From the NCBI GenBank assembly GCA_963796285.1, contig CAWCKW010000012.1, positions 1,056,001-1,120,000 on the forward strand: 64,000 nt of DNA. The letters are read 5' to 3'. Source of the DNA: Nitrospirota bacterium. GTDB taxonomy: Bacteria > Nitrospirota > UBA9217. The number at the start of each line of letters is the position of its first letter. The first letter of the stretch is position 1. Positions 53,705 through 63,640 of this stretch are shown here, piece by piece. Position numbers and translations under genes: made by a program. The notes under the pieces were generated by a model. The model did not search any database and was not told where the DNA came from. It saw only the letters and a list, made by a program, of their open reading frames with translations.

Positions 53705-54520
53705 TTATGCAGCCTGGCCTATGAGTTTGACCTCTTGCTGCGGGAACGGTATGCTGATCCCTATTTGGGCGAACTGTTCCACGATCGCCTGATTGACCTC
53801 TGTCTGCGCTACATAATGATCGGGGACCGACACCCAGGGCATGACCGAGATGGTAACCGAGGAATCGCCAAGATTGGACACACCGACAATGGGTGCAGGG
53901 TCCTTCAGCACCTTGGGATTCTGGTCCAGGATGGCGTTGATCGTCGACATGGCAAACTTGATATCTGCGGCATACGCGACACGGACCGATAACTGCATCT
54001 GGCGAAGCTTGCCGTAATTATGCAGGATCTCTCCCACGATCTTGCGGTTGGGCACCACGACGTGGGACCTGTCCTCGTGCAACAGCACCGTGGAGAACAG
54101 GGATATTTCCTCGACCTGTCCGTACACGCCGAGCAGTTCGATATATTCCCCGACCGTGAACGGCTTGGTGAAGATGATGTTGAGACCGGCGACAAAATTG
54201 CCGAGGACGCTCTGCACGGCAAGGCTGAGCCCGACGCCCGCGACGCCGATACCGGCAAGCAGAGGGGTGATCTGAACGCCCATCTGGCCGATCGCCATTA
54301 CGGCAAACGTGCCGAATACGACAACCCTTGTCAGCTTGGTGAACAACTGGGTCACCTGCGGCTCAAGCTTATGCCTCGACAGCCAGCGCTGAGCGGCATT
54401 TCCGACCCATCGCGTGCAGAAGTAGCCGACGAAAAGAATGCCCAGACCCGTCAGGATCTGCATGCCGTGTTCGATGAAATACATGATAAGCTTGTCAGTT
54501 ATGTCTGCTGTTTTTATCAT
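53705..54520 (-). CDS. mscS: small-conductance mechanosensitive channel
   Basis: GVAGVGLSLAVQ..LGNFVAG...KPF.VGE...IPFPQ. Confidence 0.93.
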   Translation of the reverse strand: MIKTADITDKLIMYFIEHGMQILTGLGILFVGYFCTRWVGNAAQRWLSRHKLEPQVTQLFTKLTRVVVFGTFAVMAIGQMGVQITPLLAGIGVAGVGLSLAVQSVLGNFVAGLNIIFTKPFTVGEYIELLGVYGQVEEISLFSTVLLHEDRSHVVVPNRKIVGEILHNYGKLRQMQLSVRVAYAADIKFAMSTINAILDQNPKVLKDPAPIVGVSNLGDSSVTISVMPWVSVPDHYVAQTEVNQAIVEQFAQIGISIPFPQQEVKLIGQAA

Positions 54521-54597
54521 TACCTCCTCCGCTTTTTTTGAACTGGAGTGATACTATCATACGATATAATGCATGTCTTTACAAAAAGTCCCTTCAA

Positions 54598-56337
54598 CTA
54601 TTGTTTCCTCGCCTTCTTCGCCCTGCAAACCTTCAACCTTTTGATGAGCTGATCTGACTCCAGCGTATTCAACACGTCCTTCTTCTCCACCCATCCCCGC
54701 CGCGCGATCGATACGCCGTACGTCATGAAATCGAACTGGCTCGTGATATGCGTGTCCGTGCTGATGACAAGGGGCACACCGAGCTCTTTTGCCATTTTCG
54801 CGTGGAGATCGTTCAGGTCGAGCCGTAACGGATAGGCATTGATCTCCATGGCCACGCCGTACTTCGCCGCCTCCTTCAGCACCGCCTCCATGTCCACGGC
54901 ATAAGCATCGCGCTCGCCGATGAGCCTTCCCGTGGGATGGGCGATCACGCTCACGCAGGGGTTTCGAACGGCTGAGATGAGCCGTTCTGTTATCCGTGAC
55001 TGCGTTTGTTTGAACCCTGAATGAATGGAGGCAACGACAATGTCGAGCCCTGCGAGCGCATCATCGGGCAGATCGAGCCTGCCGTCCGACCGGATGTCGA
55101 TCTCGGTCCCCTTCAGGACCCTGAACCCGGAAAGCTTCTTATTCGCCTCGTCAATCAGCTTGATCTCTTCAGCAAGCCTCTTTTCATCCAGTCCACGCGC
55201 GACGCCGAGGCCCTTGGTGTGGTCCGTGATCGCGATGTAGGAGTATCCTTTTTTCTTCGCCGCCTGAACGAGGGTGTCGAGGTCATGACTGCCGTCGGAC
55301 CAGTTCGAATGCACGTGAAGGTCGCCCTTGATGTCGTCGAGCGTAACGAGGTCGGGAAGTTTTCCCGCCAGCGCCGCCTCGATCTCGCCCGTGTCTTCCC
55401 TGAGCTCCGGCGGGATGAAAGGGAGTTTGAGCGCCTGGTACACGTCCTCTTCTTTCTTCCCGCCGATCCTCTTCTCCCCGGGTTCTTTGAACACCCCGTA
55501 CTCGCTGATCTTGAGCCCGGCCCTGACCGCCATCTCCCGGAGCTTGATGTTGTGCTGCTTGCTGCCGGTGAAATACAGGAGCGCCGCGCCGAAGGAGTCC
55601 GCGTCCACCACCCGCAGGTCCACCTGGATGCCCTCCTCGGTGATGACGGAGGATTTGGTCGGCCCGTGCATCAACACCCTGGTCACGTGAGGGAGTTTTA
55701 CGAACGCATCCATCACGGCTTCGGGTTGTTTGGAGGTCGTCAGGATATCGATGTCCTTAACCGTGTCCTTGCGCCGCCTGATGCTTCCCGCCACTTCGAT
55801 GTTATCCACCGGAGTGGTATCCTTTATTCTCCGGACAATGTCTTCGGCCAGCGGCAGCGCACGGCCCAACGGCAGGCGCTCGGCGCCCTTTTTGATAAGT
55901 TCGATCCCTTTGAGGATATTTTCTTCCGTCTTCTTTTGGATTCCCGGCAGGCCCGCAAGCTTTCCCTTCCGGATCGCCGCTTCCAATCCATCGACGCTCT
56001 TGACCTTGAGCTGCTCGAACAGCATCTTCGCCTTCTTCGGGCCCAGGCCGGGAACCGTGAGAAGCTGCAGCACCCCCCCGGGAATCTCGCGTTTCAGCTC
56101 CTCGTGCTTCGCGATCTTTCCCGTTTCGAGAAACTCATGGATCTTGCCGGCAAGGTCCTTGCCGATGCCGGGTATGGACTCCAGTTCTTCCTGCGAGAGC
56201 GTAGACACGTCCTTTGACAGCCCGTCCATATTCTGCGCCGCCCGGCGATAGGCCCGGATGCGGAACACGTTCTCGCCCTTGAGTTCAAGGAGCTCGGAAA
56301 TTTCGCTGAATATCTTCGCGATCTGCTGGTTCTTCAT
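54598..56337 (-). CDS. polX: DNA polymerase/3'-5' exonuclease PolX
   Basis: AGSIRR...DIDIL, YFTGSKQHN, PHP domain DLHVHS.WSDG, TDH, STDTH. Confidence 0.96.
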   Translation of the reverse strand: MKNQQIAKIFSEISELLELKGENVFRIRAYRRAAQNMDGLSKDVSTLSQEELESIPGIGKDLAGKIHEFLETGKIAKHEELKREIPGGVLQLLTVPGLGPKKAKMLFEQLKVKSVDGLEAAIRKGKLAGLPGIQKKTEENILKGIELIKKGAERLPLGRALPLAEDIVRRIKDTTPVDNIEVAGSIRRRKDTVKDIDILTTSKQPEAVMDAFVKLPHVTRVLMHGPTKSSVITEEGIQVDLRVVDADSFGAALLYFTGSKQHNIKLREMAVRAGLKISEYGVFKEPGEKRIGGKKEEDVYQALKLPFIPPELREDTGEIEAALAGKLPDLVTLDDIKGDLHVHSNWSDGSHDLDTLVQAAKKKGYSYIAITDHTKGLGVARGLDEKRLAEEIKLIDEANKKLSGFRVLKGTEIDIRSDGRLDLPDDALAGLDIVVASIHSGFKQTQSRITERLISAVRNPCVSVIAHPTGRLIGERDAYAVDMEAVLKEAAKYGVAMEINAYPLRLDLNDLHAKMAKELGVPLVISTDTHITSQFDFMTYGVSIARRGWVEKKDVLNTLESDQLIKRLKVCRAKKARKQ

Positions 56338-56450
56338 GAACGCCTCACCAATAAATTAGAGATCGTCCGGTTGTTATGTAGGGCACTTAATTATACGTAT
56401 CACTCCGTATTTTTGATTTACGGTCGGTTTGGGGTAAAGTTATTTGATAC

Positions 56451-56700
56451 TGCACTTATCCCAGGTGCGCCGATTTTTGGGTAGCTCTGATCGCGAAAGC
56501 CGCGCATGCAATGCTGGGCATAGAACGTAGTTACGACTGATATCATGACAGGCAGACACGGCCTCACCCTTTTAAAAGGGTGAGGGTGGAGTGCTGCGAG
56601 ACCTGCATATCAGGGCGGAGGTACTGATAATATGCCTGGCATGCTGCGCTGCTAAGCGATGAGCTGCCCAAAAAATCAATGCACACCTGGAACATGTGCC
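56451..56700 (+). repeat. long rod-like palindromic element, copy B (no inner module)
   Basis: Core 56479-56669; centre is a perfect 24-bp palindrome CCTCACCCTTTTAAAAGGGTGAGG (56562-56585); arms pair out to CCAGGTG/CACCTGG. Confidence 0.9.
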
Positions 56701-56996
56701 AACTTAGATAACCTTCAGACATCAGATTGTTCATGATGAATAAAGAGCATAATTGCAAATTAAGATACCCACACAAAACCTGGAATACCGTAAGTTATAA
56801 ATCTTCAGGGAGCCACGAATGAACTGGTTAACAACGGAACATGGCACTTCTGTTTTTATTCTATCATAGGGGAAGTAAAGAAGGACTGCTTGAATGAAAA
56901 AGCCGGGGCACCGGCCAACGATCACAAAATACCGGTTAGTAGTATCCTGGCTGTGCAGTTCTCCGGTTGCGGAACGTGTAAAATTTACGGTAACTG

Positions 56997-57341
56997 TTAC
57001 GGCTTTGTATATCCATATGAGCCTGTTCTGATTTCCGCTATTCTGCCGTTTTTCAGAATAATGATCCGGGTAAACTGGCTTGTCCCGAGATTATACGTCC
57101 ATTCTTCCACGTTGATATACACCTTTTGCTTCGTATCAACATCAAGTCGCTGGACAACTTCTTCCTGGTGCGAGTCCCGGAAATCAGGCGAACCGCATTT
57201 CGCCATCAAATCGGAACGACTGTCGTCTGTTGAGACGATCCCGCCTTCACAACTGAAAGAATCGGCATGAACATTGAACCAGGGGACTGCCGTCATCAAA
57301 GATAGAAAGCACACAAAAATGAATGATTTTAACATAATCAA
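56997..57341 (-). CDS. DUF2845 family secreted protein
   Basis: C.GG.VS..D...KCG.P...VEEWTYN.G...F. Confidence 0.85.
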   Translation of the reverse strand: MIMLKSFIFVCFLSLMTAVPWFNVHADSFSCEGGIVSTDDSRSDLMAKCGSPDFRDSHQEEVVQRLDVDTKQKVYINVEEWTYNLGTSQFTRIIILKNGRIAEIRTGSYGYTKP

Positions 57342-57561
57342 AACCTCCTGATAATGTTGCCGGAATACTCATGCCTGGTTAGACCTTGTAATACATTGCG
57401 TGCGCTTGTAATGGCACGAGGAACATCGGCGGCTTAATAACCGAAAGCGGTTGTAATTTTAAATAGTCGCCACCGGCGGTGTTTTGCCTAAGGTCGTATG
57501 CTCATGTCCTACCTCTCCTGATCTGTACATTGAAACAGCGTATCGACCTAACGTCTTGCAA

Positions 57562-58233
57562 TCATTGCACCGTTACAGTTCCTGTCATAATCGTGTGAAT
57601 GGAGCAGTGATAGTTGTAGGTCCCTGCTGTCGTGAACTGGAAACATACAGATGTTCCCGGAATCATATCTGAAGAATCGAAGCTGCCGTTTACGGGGACA
57701 GTTGTGCTGACCACATGATGTGTAGACGGACCGTTATTGGTCCATTGTACAATTGCGTTGGCAGAAACGGTAACACTGGATGGACTGAAATTGAAATCCT
57801 GAATAGTAACAGGAGTCGTTCCGCTCCCCGGGCAGGCAACAAGTTTCACTGTCAACGCTGATGTAGCAGTGAAATTAACTCCTGTGATGTTCGCGTTATT
57901 GACTGTTTGTGGACTGTTTATTGGTGCAAAGGTAAAACCGGTTTTAGAGGGCGTAACAATGTAGTTCCCGTTCGAGAGCGTGCTGAAGGTAAAATTTCCA
58001 TTCGAGTCCGTGGTCGTTGTAGCGGAGCCTGCCCCGCTGAGCGTCATAGTGACGCCGGCAAGACCTGTGCCGTTTGATGTCACTGTCCCTGTGATGCTGT
58101 AGGTAGGCGAACCGCCACCACCTCCGTACCCGCCGCCACCGCAGGAAACAAGGATTAAATTCATGATCATCAAAGCTCCCATTATGACCAGGAACCAACC
58201 CGTGATGTTTATCGTACGACGATAACTTTTCAT
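57562..58233 (-). CDS. lipoprotein with carboxypeptidase-regulatory-like and cupredoxin (type 1 Cu) domains
   Basis: CGGGG leader; TTTDSNGNFTF; F.FSP...WTN...H...YHCSIH..M.G. Confidence 0.85.
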   Translation of the reverse strand: MKSYRRTINITGWFLVIMGALMIMNLILVSCGGGGYGGGGGSPTYSITGTVTSNGTGLAGVTMTLSGAGSATTTTDSNGNFTFSTLSNGNYIVTPSKTGFTFAPINSPQTVNNANITGVNFTATSALTVKLVACPGSGTTPVTIQDFNFSPSSVTVSANAIVQWTNNGPSTHHVVSTTVPVNGSFDSSDMIPGTSVCFQFTTAGTYNYHCSIHTIMTGTVTVQ

Positions 58234-58356
58234 AGCGGAGTTCTCCTTTTCTTCCTACGATTGTACATACAGCAATAAGTATTGCTCTCTTTATATGCAA
58301 AGTCAAGACACTCGTTTGCCGGGTTGGCACTTGTTCCAGGTTTGCATGGTTTTTTT

Positions 58357-58659
58357 GGGCAGCTCATCGCTCAGACGGGCAGCATTCCACGCATATTAAC
58401 AGTATCTCCGCTCTGATATGCAGGCCTCGCAGCGCTCCACCCTCACCCTTTTATAAGGCTGAGGCCGCTTGTACCCGGCGTTTACGAGCCTGTGGCCAGT
58501 GCTTATGAGTGCGCTGCGCGAATACAGGCTAGGCCACGCGTAGCCTGCTCTTGCGAAATCGCGGCCATAAACGAGTGCAGGGCGCGTCTGCCTTGTCTTG
58601 TTCTCGTAACTACGATCTATGCAGCATTGCTATGCGCGTCTTTCGCGTCAGAGCTGCCC
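58357..58659 (-). repeat. long rod-like palindromic element, copy C (inverted, with inner module)
   Basis: GGGCAGCTC...GAGCTGCCC perfect 9-bp terminal IR; reverse complement matches copy A. Confidence 0.9.
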
Positions 58660-58858
58660 GGCGCAGGGGTAAGGCAGAATCAAATTGCCAACCTGCCCCC
58701 GAACAGGAGGATCGACGACATTATCAGGAGATGTCAAATTACAAATACAGTTTAGAATCATTCTTTTTTACTTGCAACCGACCTCGTCTTCGGCTATATT
58801 AAAGTTAATTAGGACTAAAAATGTACTAAATAAGTTTCATTAAAGGAGGAAGTTGATC

Positions 58859-59374
58859 ATGCATACGACAGCCATCGGTTCATTGGAGTATAAGAACGAT
58901 TTTTTCTCCCTCGTCATTCGTGAGACCGAGCACCGCCCCGGGAGCTACATCCTCTCCATGGGGATCAGTCTCCCCAGGTTCAACCCCATCATCTGGGGAA
59001 GGACCGGGATCTGCTCGAACGCCGCATTCAAGGGCCTGCAACAGCTTCGAGCTGATGTTTCCTACTTTGCCCTCCAGCGCGGGATCGTGACAAAAGACGC
59101 CGGCATTCCCTCCGAGACGGGCAGCGGACGCGGAGACGGCTGGTATCAGGAAAATGCCCTCTTGATCGAGGACACTTCTCCCGAGGCTGTCCAGGAGATC
59201 CTCGCATTCAGCGCACGGGACCTCGTGCAGACGATCCTGACCGCCTGCCAGTCTGATGTCAAGGTCCCGGCCGGATTGGATCCCGCGGCTATGCAGCGCT
59301 TCCTCGAATCCGTCGGCATCCCGAATTACCGGGAAATGGCCCCGCCGCCGATCGCGAAGCCGCAGGCCGCCTAG
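58859..59374 (+). CDS. hypothetical protein
   Basis: AAGGAGG RBS, GC-biased third codon positions, followed by a terminator. Confidence 0.75.
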   Translation: MHTTAIGSLEYKNDFFSLVIRETEHRPGSYILSMGISLPRFNPIIWGRTGICSNAAFKGLQQLRADVSYFALQRGIVTKDAGIPSETGSGRGDGWYQENALLIEDTSPEAVQEILAFSARDLVQTILTACQSDVKVPAGLDPAAMQRFLESVGIPNYREMAPPPIAKPQAA

Positions 59375-59403
59375 CAGGGACATTAAACGCAGCTGGAAAT
59401 AAG

Positions 59404-59436
59404 AAGGCCCGGTTTTTTCCCGGGCCTTTGTTTTTT
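59404..59436 (+). terminator. intrinsic terminator
   Basis: aaggcccgg...ccgggcctt followed by a T-run. Confidence 0.75.
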
Positions 59437-59671
59437 TCCTTGGTAGTCGTGCCAATAAGAATACAGGCATCACTCTGGGCAGATGGCATGAGAATGGATT
59501 GGACAGCTTATGCATTGTCTGAGATGAAGATGCAATCATTGATGACGACAACAAAGAAAGCATTGTCAATAAGATAACCTTAGCCGCTTCCTCCGATGAA
59601 TTCATTGATATGGTATACTTATTTTCATTGATAAATTCCTACAGTCATTTCATGAACCTCTGGGGTTATAA

Positions 59672-59944
59672 ATGAAGATTAAGAAAGCAACCAGGACCGG
59701 CAAGGTAATAGACATCAAGGAAGCTGCAGATAAAAAAGCAGCGCATACCGCGAAATTAAAAAAACTTCAGGAAGTCAGAACCATAGCAAGAAAAATGGGG
59801 ATTAACACAAGGAGCGTGACTTTAACAGAGCTTATAAGAGCAATCCAGAGAGCCGAGGGGAATAAAGATTGTTATTTGACTGCCCAAGTCCTGACCTGCG
59901 GACAGGTGAATTGTTGCTGGCGTGAAGTTTGTACGCCGTTCTGA
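59672..59944 (+). CDS. small SAP/Rho-N-like helical domain protein with Cys cluster
   Basis: EVRTIARKMGI...ELIRAIQRAEGN.DC...CGQ.NCCWR..C. Confidence 0.75.
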   Translation: MKIKKATRTGKVIDIKEAADKKAAHTAKLKKLQEVRTIARKMGINTRSVTLTELIRAIQRAEGNKDCYLTAQVLTCGQVNCCWREVCTPF

Positions 59945-60157
59945 GGTTATTTCATCAGCAGTTAAGAGAACTGGCGGAGATTTCGTAGATCCGGGAATTA
60001 AGTGGGGACAGACGCGCCCCAGTTGAGGATAGAACATCAAACAGGCTAAGAAAGGGCAACGTCAAACATTAAAAACCTGACCCTGATATGGCTTAATAGA
60101 AAAATTATTTATTGCACTAAAAGCATCAACATCCCCAAAGTTCCACTGAGATGTCCT

Positions 60158-60445
60158 CTAAGAGGTTCCCAACGGCTGCACTAACGTCACCTTCGCGTTT
60201 GCCTTTTTGCGTGGTACTTTCTTTAACTTACCGGCCGTAATAATTGCTAAATCTTCGATAGTCGATTCCCGTCTGGCAACGATAGCAGTTTGATCGCTCG
60301 TTGACATCTGTTTCAGCTTCTGGATCAATTCACGCGCCTTTTCTATCTGCTCCATGGATTCAGAAATAGATTTGTTTTGAATCGACAATTTCGTCCCATC
60401 AATTAAAGAATCTATGGCAACCCTTGTCCGTACAAAATTTTGCAT
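60158..60445 (-). CDS. hypothetical protein
   Basis: 95-aa ORF with GAGGGG RBS. Confidence 0.6.
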   Translation of the reverse strand: MQNFVRTRVAIDSLIDGTKLSIQNKSISESMEQIEKARELIQKLKQMSTSDQTAIVARRESTIEDLAIITAGKLKKVPRKKANAKVTLVQPLGTS

Positions 60446-60704
60446 AGTAATACCCCTCTCTTTAAATAGTAGTGTTCTTATAGTAAGGCATCTTGTTGAT
60501 AAAAGCGCTAAAAAAACGAGCGCAGCCGAGGATTAAAAACCTGACCTGAGATGCTGGGGAACCGACGCTCTCCGTGAGGACTGCGGTGGTTTTTCCGTGA
60601 TCAATCAAACGCTGCGCCACATGTGTGCAACAACGTCACTCTGTATTTTTGCGGCTTTATGGTGACACCGGTTCAGCAATTCGATGAGTCCGATCGACAG
60701 CAAG

Positions 60705-61262
60705 CTATTGGTCCCGCCCAATCTGCCTCATCTTTGGGAAACGGCGCTCGATGTTCTGCAACAAGGCCAGGGCATCTGCGGGAGAAAACGTGTCTCCGAT
60801 GCACTCGACGCCAAAGAGCGGATTGAACCGTCCTTTGAGTTTGTCGTCGATGACAAACGCGCCCCATGAAGCCGGGAGCCTGGGTTCGTCTTTCTTGAAG
60901 AAGAAGTTATTGCCGTGAGATGCCGCATTGCGAAGGTGACGAAAGACCTCAAATGCGGGCGATTGATCGTTATGAGCCTCTGCCACAGAGTATGCGGTGT
61001 TGAGAAGCATACAGCAAAGCGACTTCATCACTGCATCCGCCGTAAGGTCTCCGGACACGCAGAGTGCGTGAACCTGCCCCACGTCTATGGCCAGGCCGGG
61101 CCTGACCTTGCCGCGATACCAGGCGATCTTGTCGGGACCTGGAGAAAGCTGGTCTTCCTTTTCGAAAACAGGCCCCATTCCCATGGTTGCCGCGAGGAAG
61201 GCCATGACCATTTCGAAGAACGGACTGTCTTGTGTAAAAATGATAGTGGGTGGCTTATTCAT
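60705..61262 (-). CDS. hypothetical protein with HEPN-like RxxxxH motif
   Basis: FRHLRNAASHGN. Confidence 0.6.
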   Translation of the reverse strand: MNKPPTIIFTQDSPFFEMVMAFLAATMGMGPVFEKEDQLSPGPDKIAWYRGKVRPGLAIDVGQVHALCVSGDLTADAVMKSLCCMLLNTAYSVAEAHNDQSPAFEVFRHLRNAASHGNNFFFKKDEPRLPASWGAFVIDDKLKGRFNPLFGVECIGDTFSPADALALLQNIERRFPKMRQIGRDQ

Positions 61263-61610
61263 CGTACTCTCTCAGTTCCCGACATGATGCACCTTTGGGG
61301 TCAGCCTATAGCGCAAAGCTCTCAAGGGGGTCTTGCACCGGGTAATGGAACATGGTACCGGGTTTCCGAGCAGAAGGCAATCGGGAAGTATAGGAATGAT
61401 CGAAGAGAAGCGTCAATGATGAGAGGAAGTGCATTTTCAGAGCGCCTGAAACAACAATGGTCAGGGTAAGGACTGACCCTATGGTGTTTTGGGATTTTTC
61501 CCAGTATAATCGTGTGAAATAGTGCCGCCAGGGAAGCGACCTTTAGAGAACTTACCGGCGATCGCTATGATTTGATGAATTTGTAATTATTGATGTGTGA
61601 GGCCGGCTTT

Positions 61611-61952
61611 ATGAAAGAACCTGATTCCAGATTGGTCTATTCAACAGAGCACGCTGTCCCGAGAAAAGAGAAGCGGGTCGACCGCAAACCGACGACTCCT
61701 GCCGCGTCAGCGAAAAGCAGAATTGTTGTGCGGCTCGACCGGAAGGGCCGGGGCGGCAAATCTGTCACGGTTATAGAGGGACTTCAGCTTTCGGTCGAAG
61801 ACAGTGAAAAACTCCTGAAACAAATAAAGGCGAAACTAGGTACCGGAGGAACCGTTAAAAACGGAGCACTGGAAATCCAGGGAGATCACTGTGATGCAGT
61901 CATGGCCGGGTTGTCCGGCAAAGGCTATCTGCCGAAGCATTCAGGTGGGTAA
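61611..61952 (+). CDS. translation initiation factor SUI1 / YciH family
   Basis: LVYST...RKGRGGKSVTVIEG...KLGTGGTVKNG.LEIQGD. Confidence 0.92.
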   Translation: MKEPDSRLVYSTEHAVPRKEKRVDRKPTTPAASAKSRIVVRLDRKGRGGKSVTVIEGLQLSVEDSEKLLKQIKAKLGTGGTVKNGALEIQGDHCDAVMAGLSGKGYLPKHSGG

Positions 61953-62223
61953 CACGGGAAGGTGCTGTCGCAACGTTATGCGACAGGTGCAATAATGTCC
62001 CCAAGTCTATTCTTTATAATAAGATCATGGCGAAAACTGATCGTCAAATTACATGATATAGTTGTCGGGCAAGAAGTACTTCCCGAACTAAACAGTCGTT
62101 GCAGTTATCTTCAATCGGCGTCCTCGATCTTCAGTCTTAAAAGCATGCATCCAACATACAGCGTTTTCACATTTCAGTGCATTATCTGAAAGTAATTTTA
62201 ATCGCATCATTAATTTAAATATC

Positions 62224-62252
62224 TTGACTTAAGCGCCCGCCATATGGATAAT
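62224..62252 (+). promoter_or_regulatory. sigma70-type promoter
   Basis: TTGACT-17 nt-GATAAT upstream of the multiheme gene. Confidence 0.5.
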
Positions 62253-62421
62253 ATCCCCGCCTTCCGCACAATGAGGCTATTAAGAATACTCAGCGGCTAA
62301 TTTATTTCTCACTAAAATAATCCCAACTTTTTTACAGTATCTCTGGATACAACTTTAAGCAGAGTTCGAATAACTCGCACAGCTATAAAAATTACGGCAG
62401 ATTTCAAGGGAGGCTTTTTTC

Positions 62422-63426
62422 ATGTTGAATCCATTTTCAAAAATTATCCAAAGAATAGGCACGTGGTTCAGCACGGGTATTTCAAGCAGAGCCAGAATCA
62501 TTATCATCTCGATCTTGATCATCTTTGTACTCGGGTCCCTCTTTACCGCCTACAAGATCAACGATTATTTCGAGAACAATCCCAAATCATGCTCTACCTG
62601 TCATGTTCATGATGCAGCAAACAAGGCATGGTCGACCAGCGTACATCATGGAATAAACTGCCATGAGTGCCACCATTCCACCAAGCTCGACCAGATGAGG
62701 CAGGTCTTCAATTTTGCCGTGCTCGGTCACAACAAGGTCTCACCCAGGCACGGAGAAGTTATCGTACCGTGGAAGATCTGCTTTTCCTGCCATTGGGAAA
62801 AGAACGATAAAGAACCGAACGCGCCGAGCATAGCCAATTCGAGATACCACGCAAAGCACGTCTTTATGGAAAAGATCGAATGCACAAAATGTCACGGCTA
62901 CCGGACGCATCAGTTCAGCCTCGAGGAACGGTATTGCCTGACCTGCCACAAGGACCGGGAAGTGCACGGAACAGGGATGGAGAAGCTTGCATGCCTCAAC
63001 TGCCATACCGACAGGACAAAGGACCTCAAACCCGGGCCAAAGAAGTGCCTCTACTGCCATGGCGCTGAAAAATACCGGAAAGAACTGCTGGCTGACAAGA
63101 CCATCGATGTCACCCATTTCCAGCCCGACGAAAAAACGATCCGAAAGGCGATAAAGATCGACAGACCGGAAAACGGGCCCATGCAGTTCAACTGCTACGA
63201 ATGCCACAAGCCGCACAAAACTGCGCGGCCTGACTGGGGCAACTGCCTCTCCTGCCATGAAAAGATCATGGAGGTCGGCAAACACAAGACCCATGTTCAG
63301 GACTCGGGCATGAAATGCAAGGATTGCCACAAGCCCCATGTCTGGACAATAACAAATGAGCAGGCCAAGAAAACCTGCGTGGCATGCCATGAATATAGGG
63401 CCCCGAAGGCCTTTCTTGGCCGTTAA
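62422..63426 (+). CDS. membrane-anchored multiheme cytochrome c (11 CxxCH; NapC/NirT-like N-terminus)
   Basis: N-terminal TM; 11 CxxCH motifs counted by eye. Confidence 0.92.
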   Translation: MLNPFSKIIQRIGTWFSTGISSRARIIIISILIIFVLGSLFTAYKINDYFENNPKSCSTCHVHDAANKAWSTSVHHGINCHECHHSTKLDQMRQVFNFAVLGHNKVSPRHGEVIVPWKICFSCHWEKNDKEPNAPSIANSRYHAKHVFMEKIECTKCHGYRTHQFSLEERYCLTCHKDREVHGTGMEKLACLNCHTDRTKDLKPGPKKCLYCHGAEKYRKELLADKTIDVTHFQPDEKTIRKAIKIDRPENGPMQFNCYECHKPHKTARPDWGNCLSCHEKIMEVGKHKTHVQDSGMKCKDCHKPHVWTITNEQAKKTCVACHEYRAPKAFLGR

Positions 63427-63515
63427 TCTGAATATTCCGATTTGGTGAACCGGGATCGGACTCTCATGGCTGCCGGTCAGGTTCGGGGGTGCGTCTCGTA
63501 GGGTCCCAACCGGCC

Positions 63516-63614
63516 CTTGATCCCGAAGCAATGCAGCGCTTCCTCGAATCCCTGAGCTCGCTCAATTTCAAGGAATTGGAACGGCCGCAGATCGCGAGAC
63601 CGCAGGCCGCCTAA
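63516..63614 (+). pseudogene. C-terminal remnant paralogous to 58859-59374
   Basis: LDPEAMQRFLESLSSLNFKELERPQIARPQAA* versus LDPAAMQRFLESVGIPNYREMAPPPIAKPQAA*. Confidence 0.85.
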
Positions 63615-63640
63615 GAAGTACATCAAGCGCAGTAGTAAAC

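Noticed and set aside
52547-58659. The rod elements as group I/II intron, RNase P, tmRNA, retron msr-msd or CRISPR
   Set aside because: No domain V, P7, RNase P or tRNA-like signatures, no reverse transcriptase or cas gene, and no repeat-spacer periodicity.
52332-58802. ORFs overlapping the palindromic elements (e.g. 52598-52882, 58492-58755)
   Set aside because: Their shared peptide text merely reflects the repeat. Starts and stops differ between copies, and no RBS is evident.
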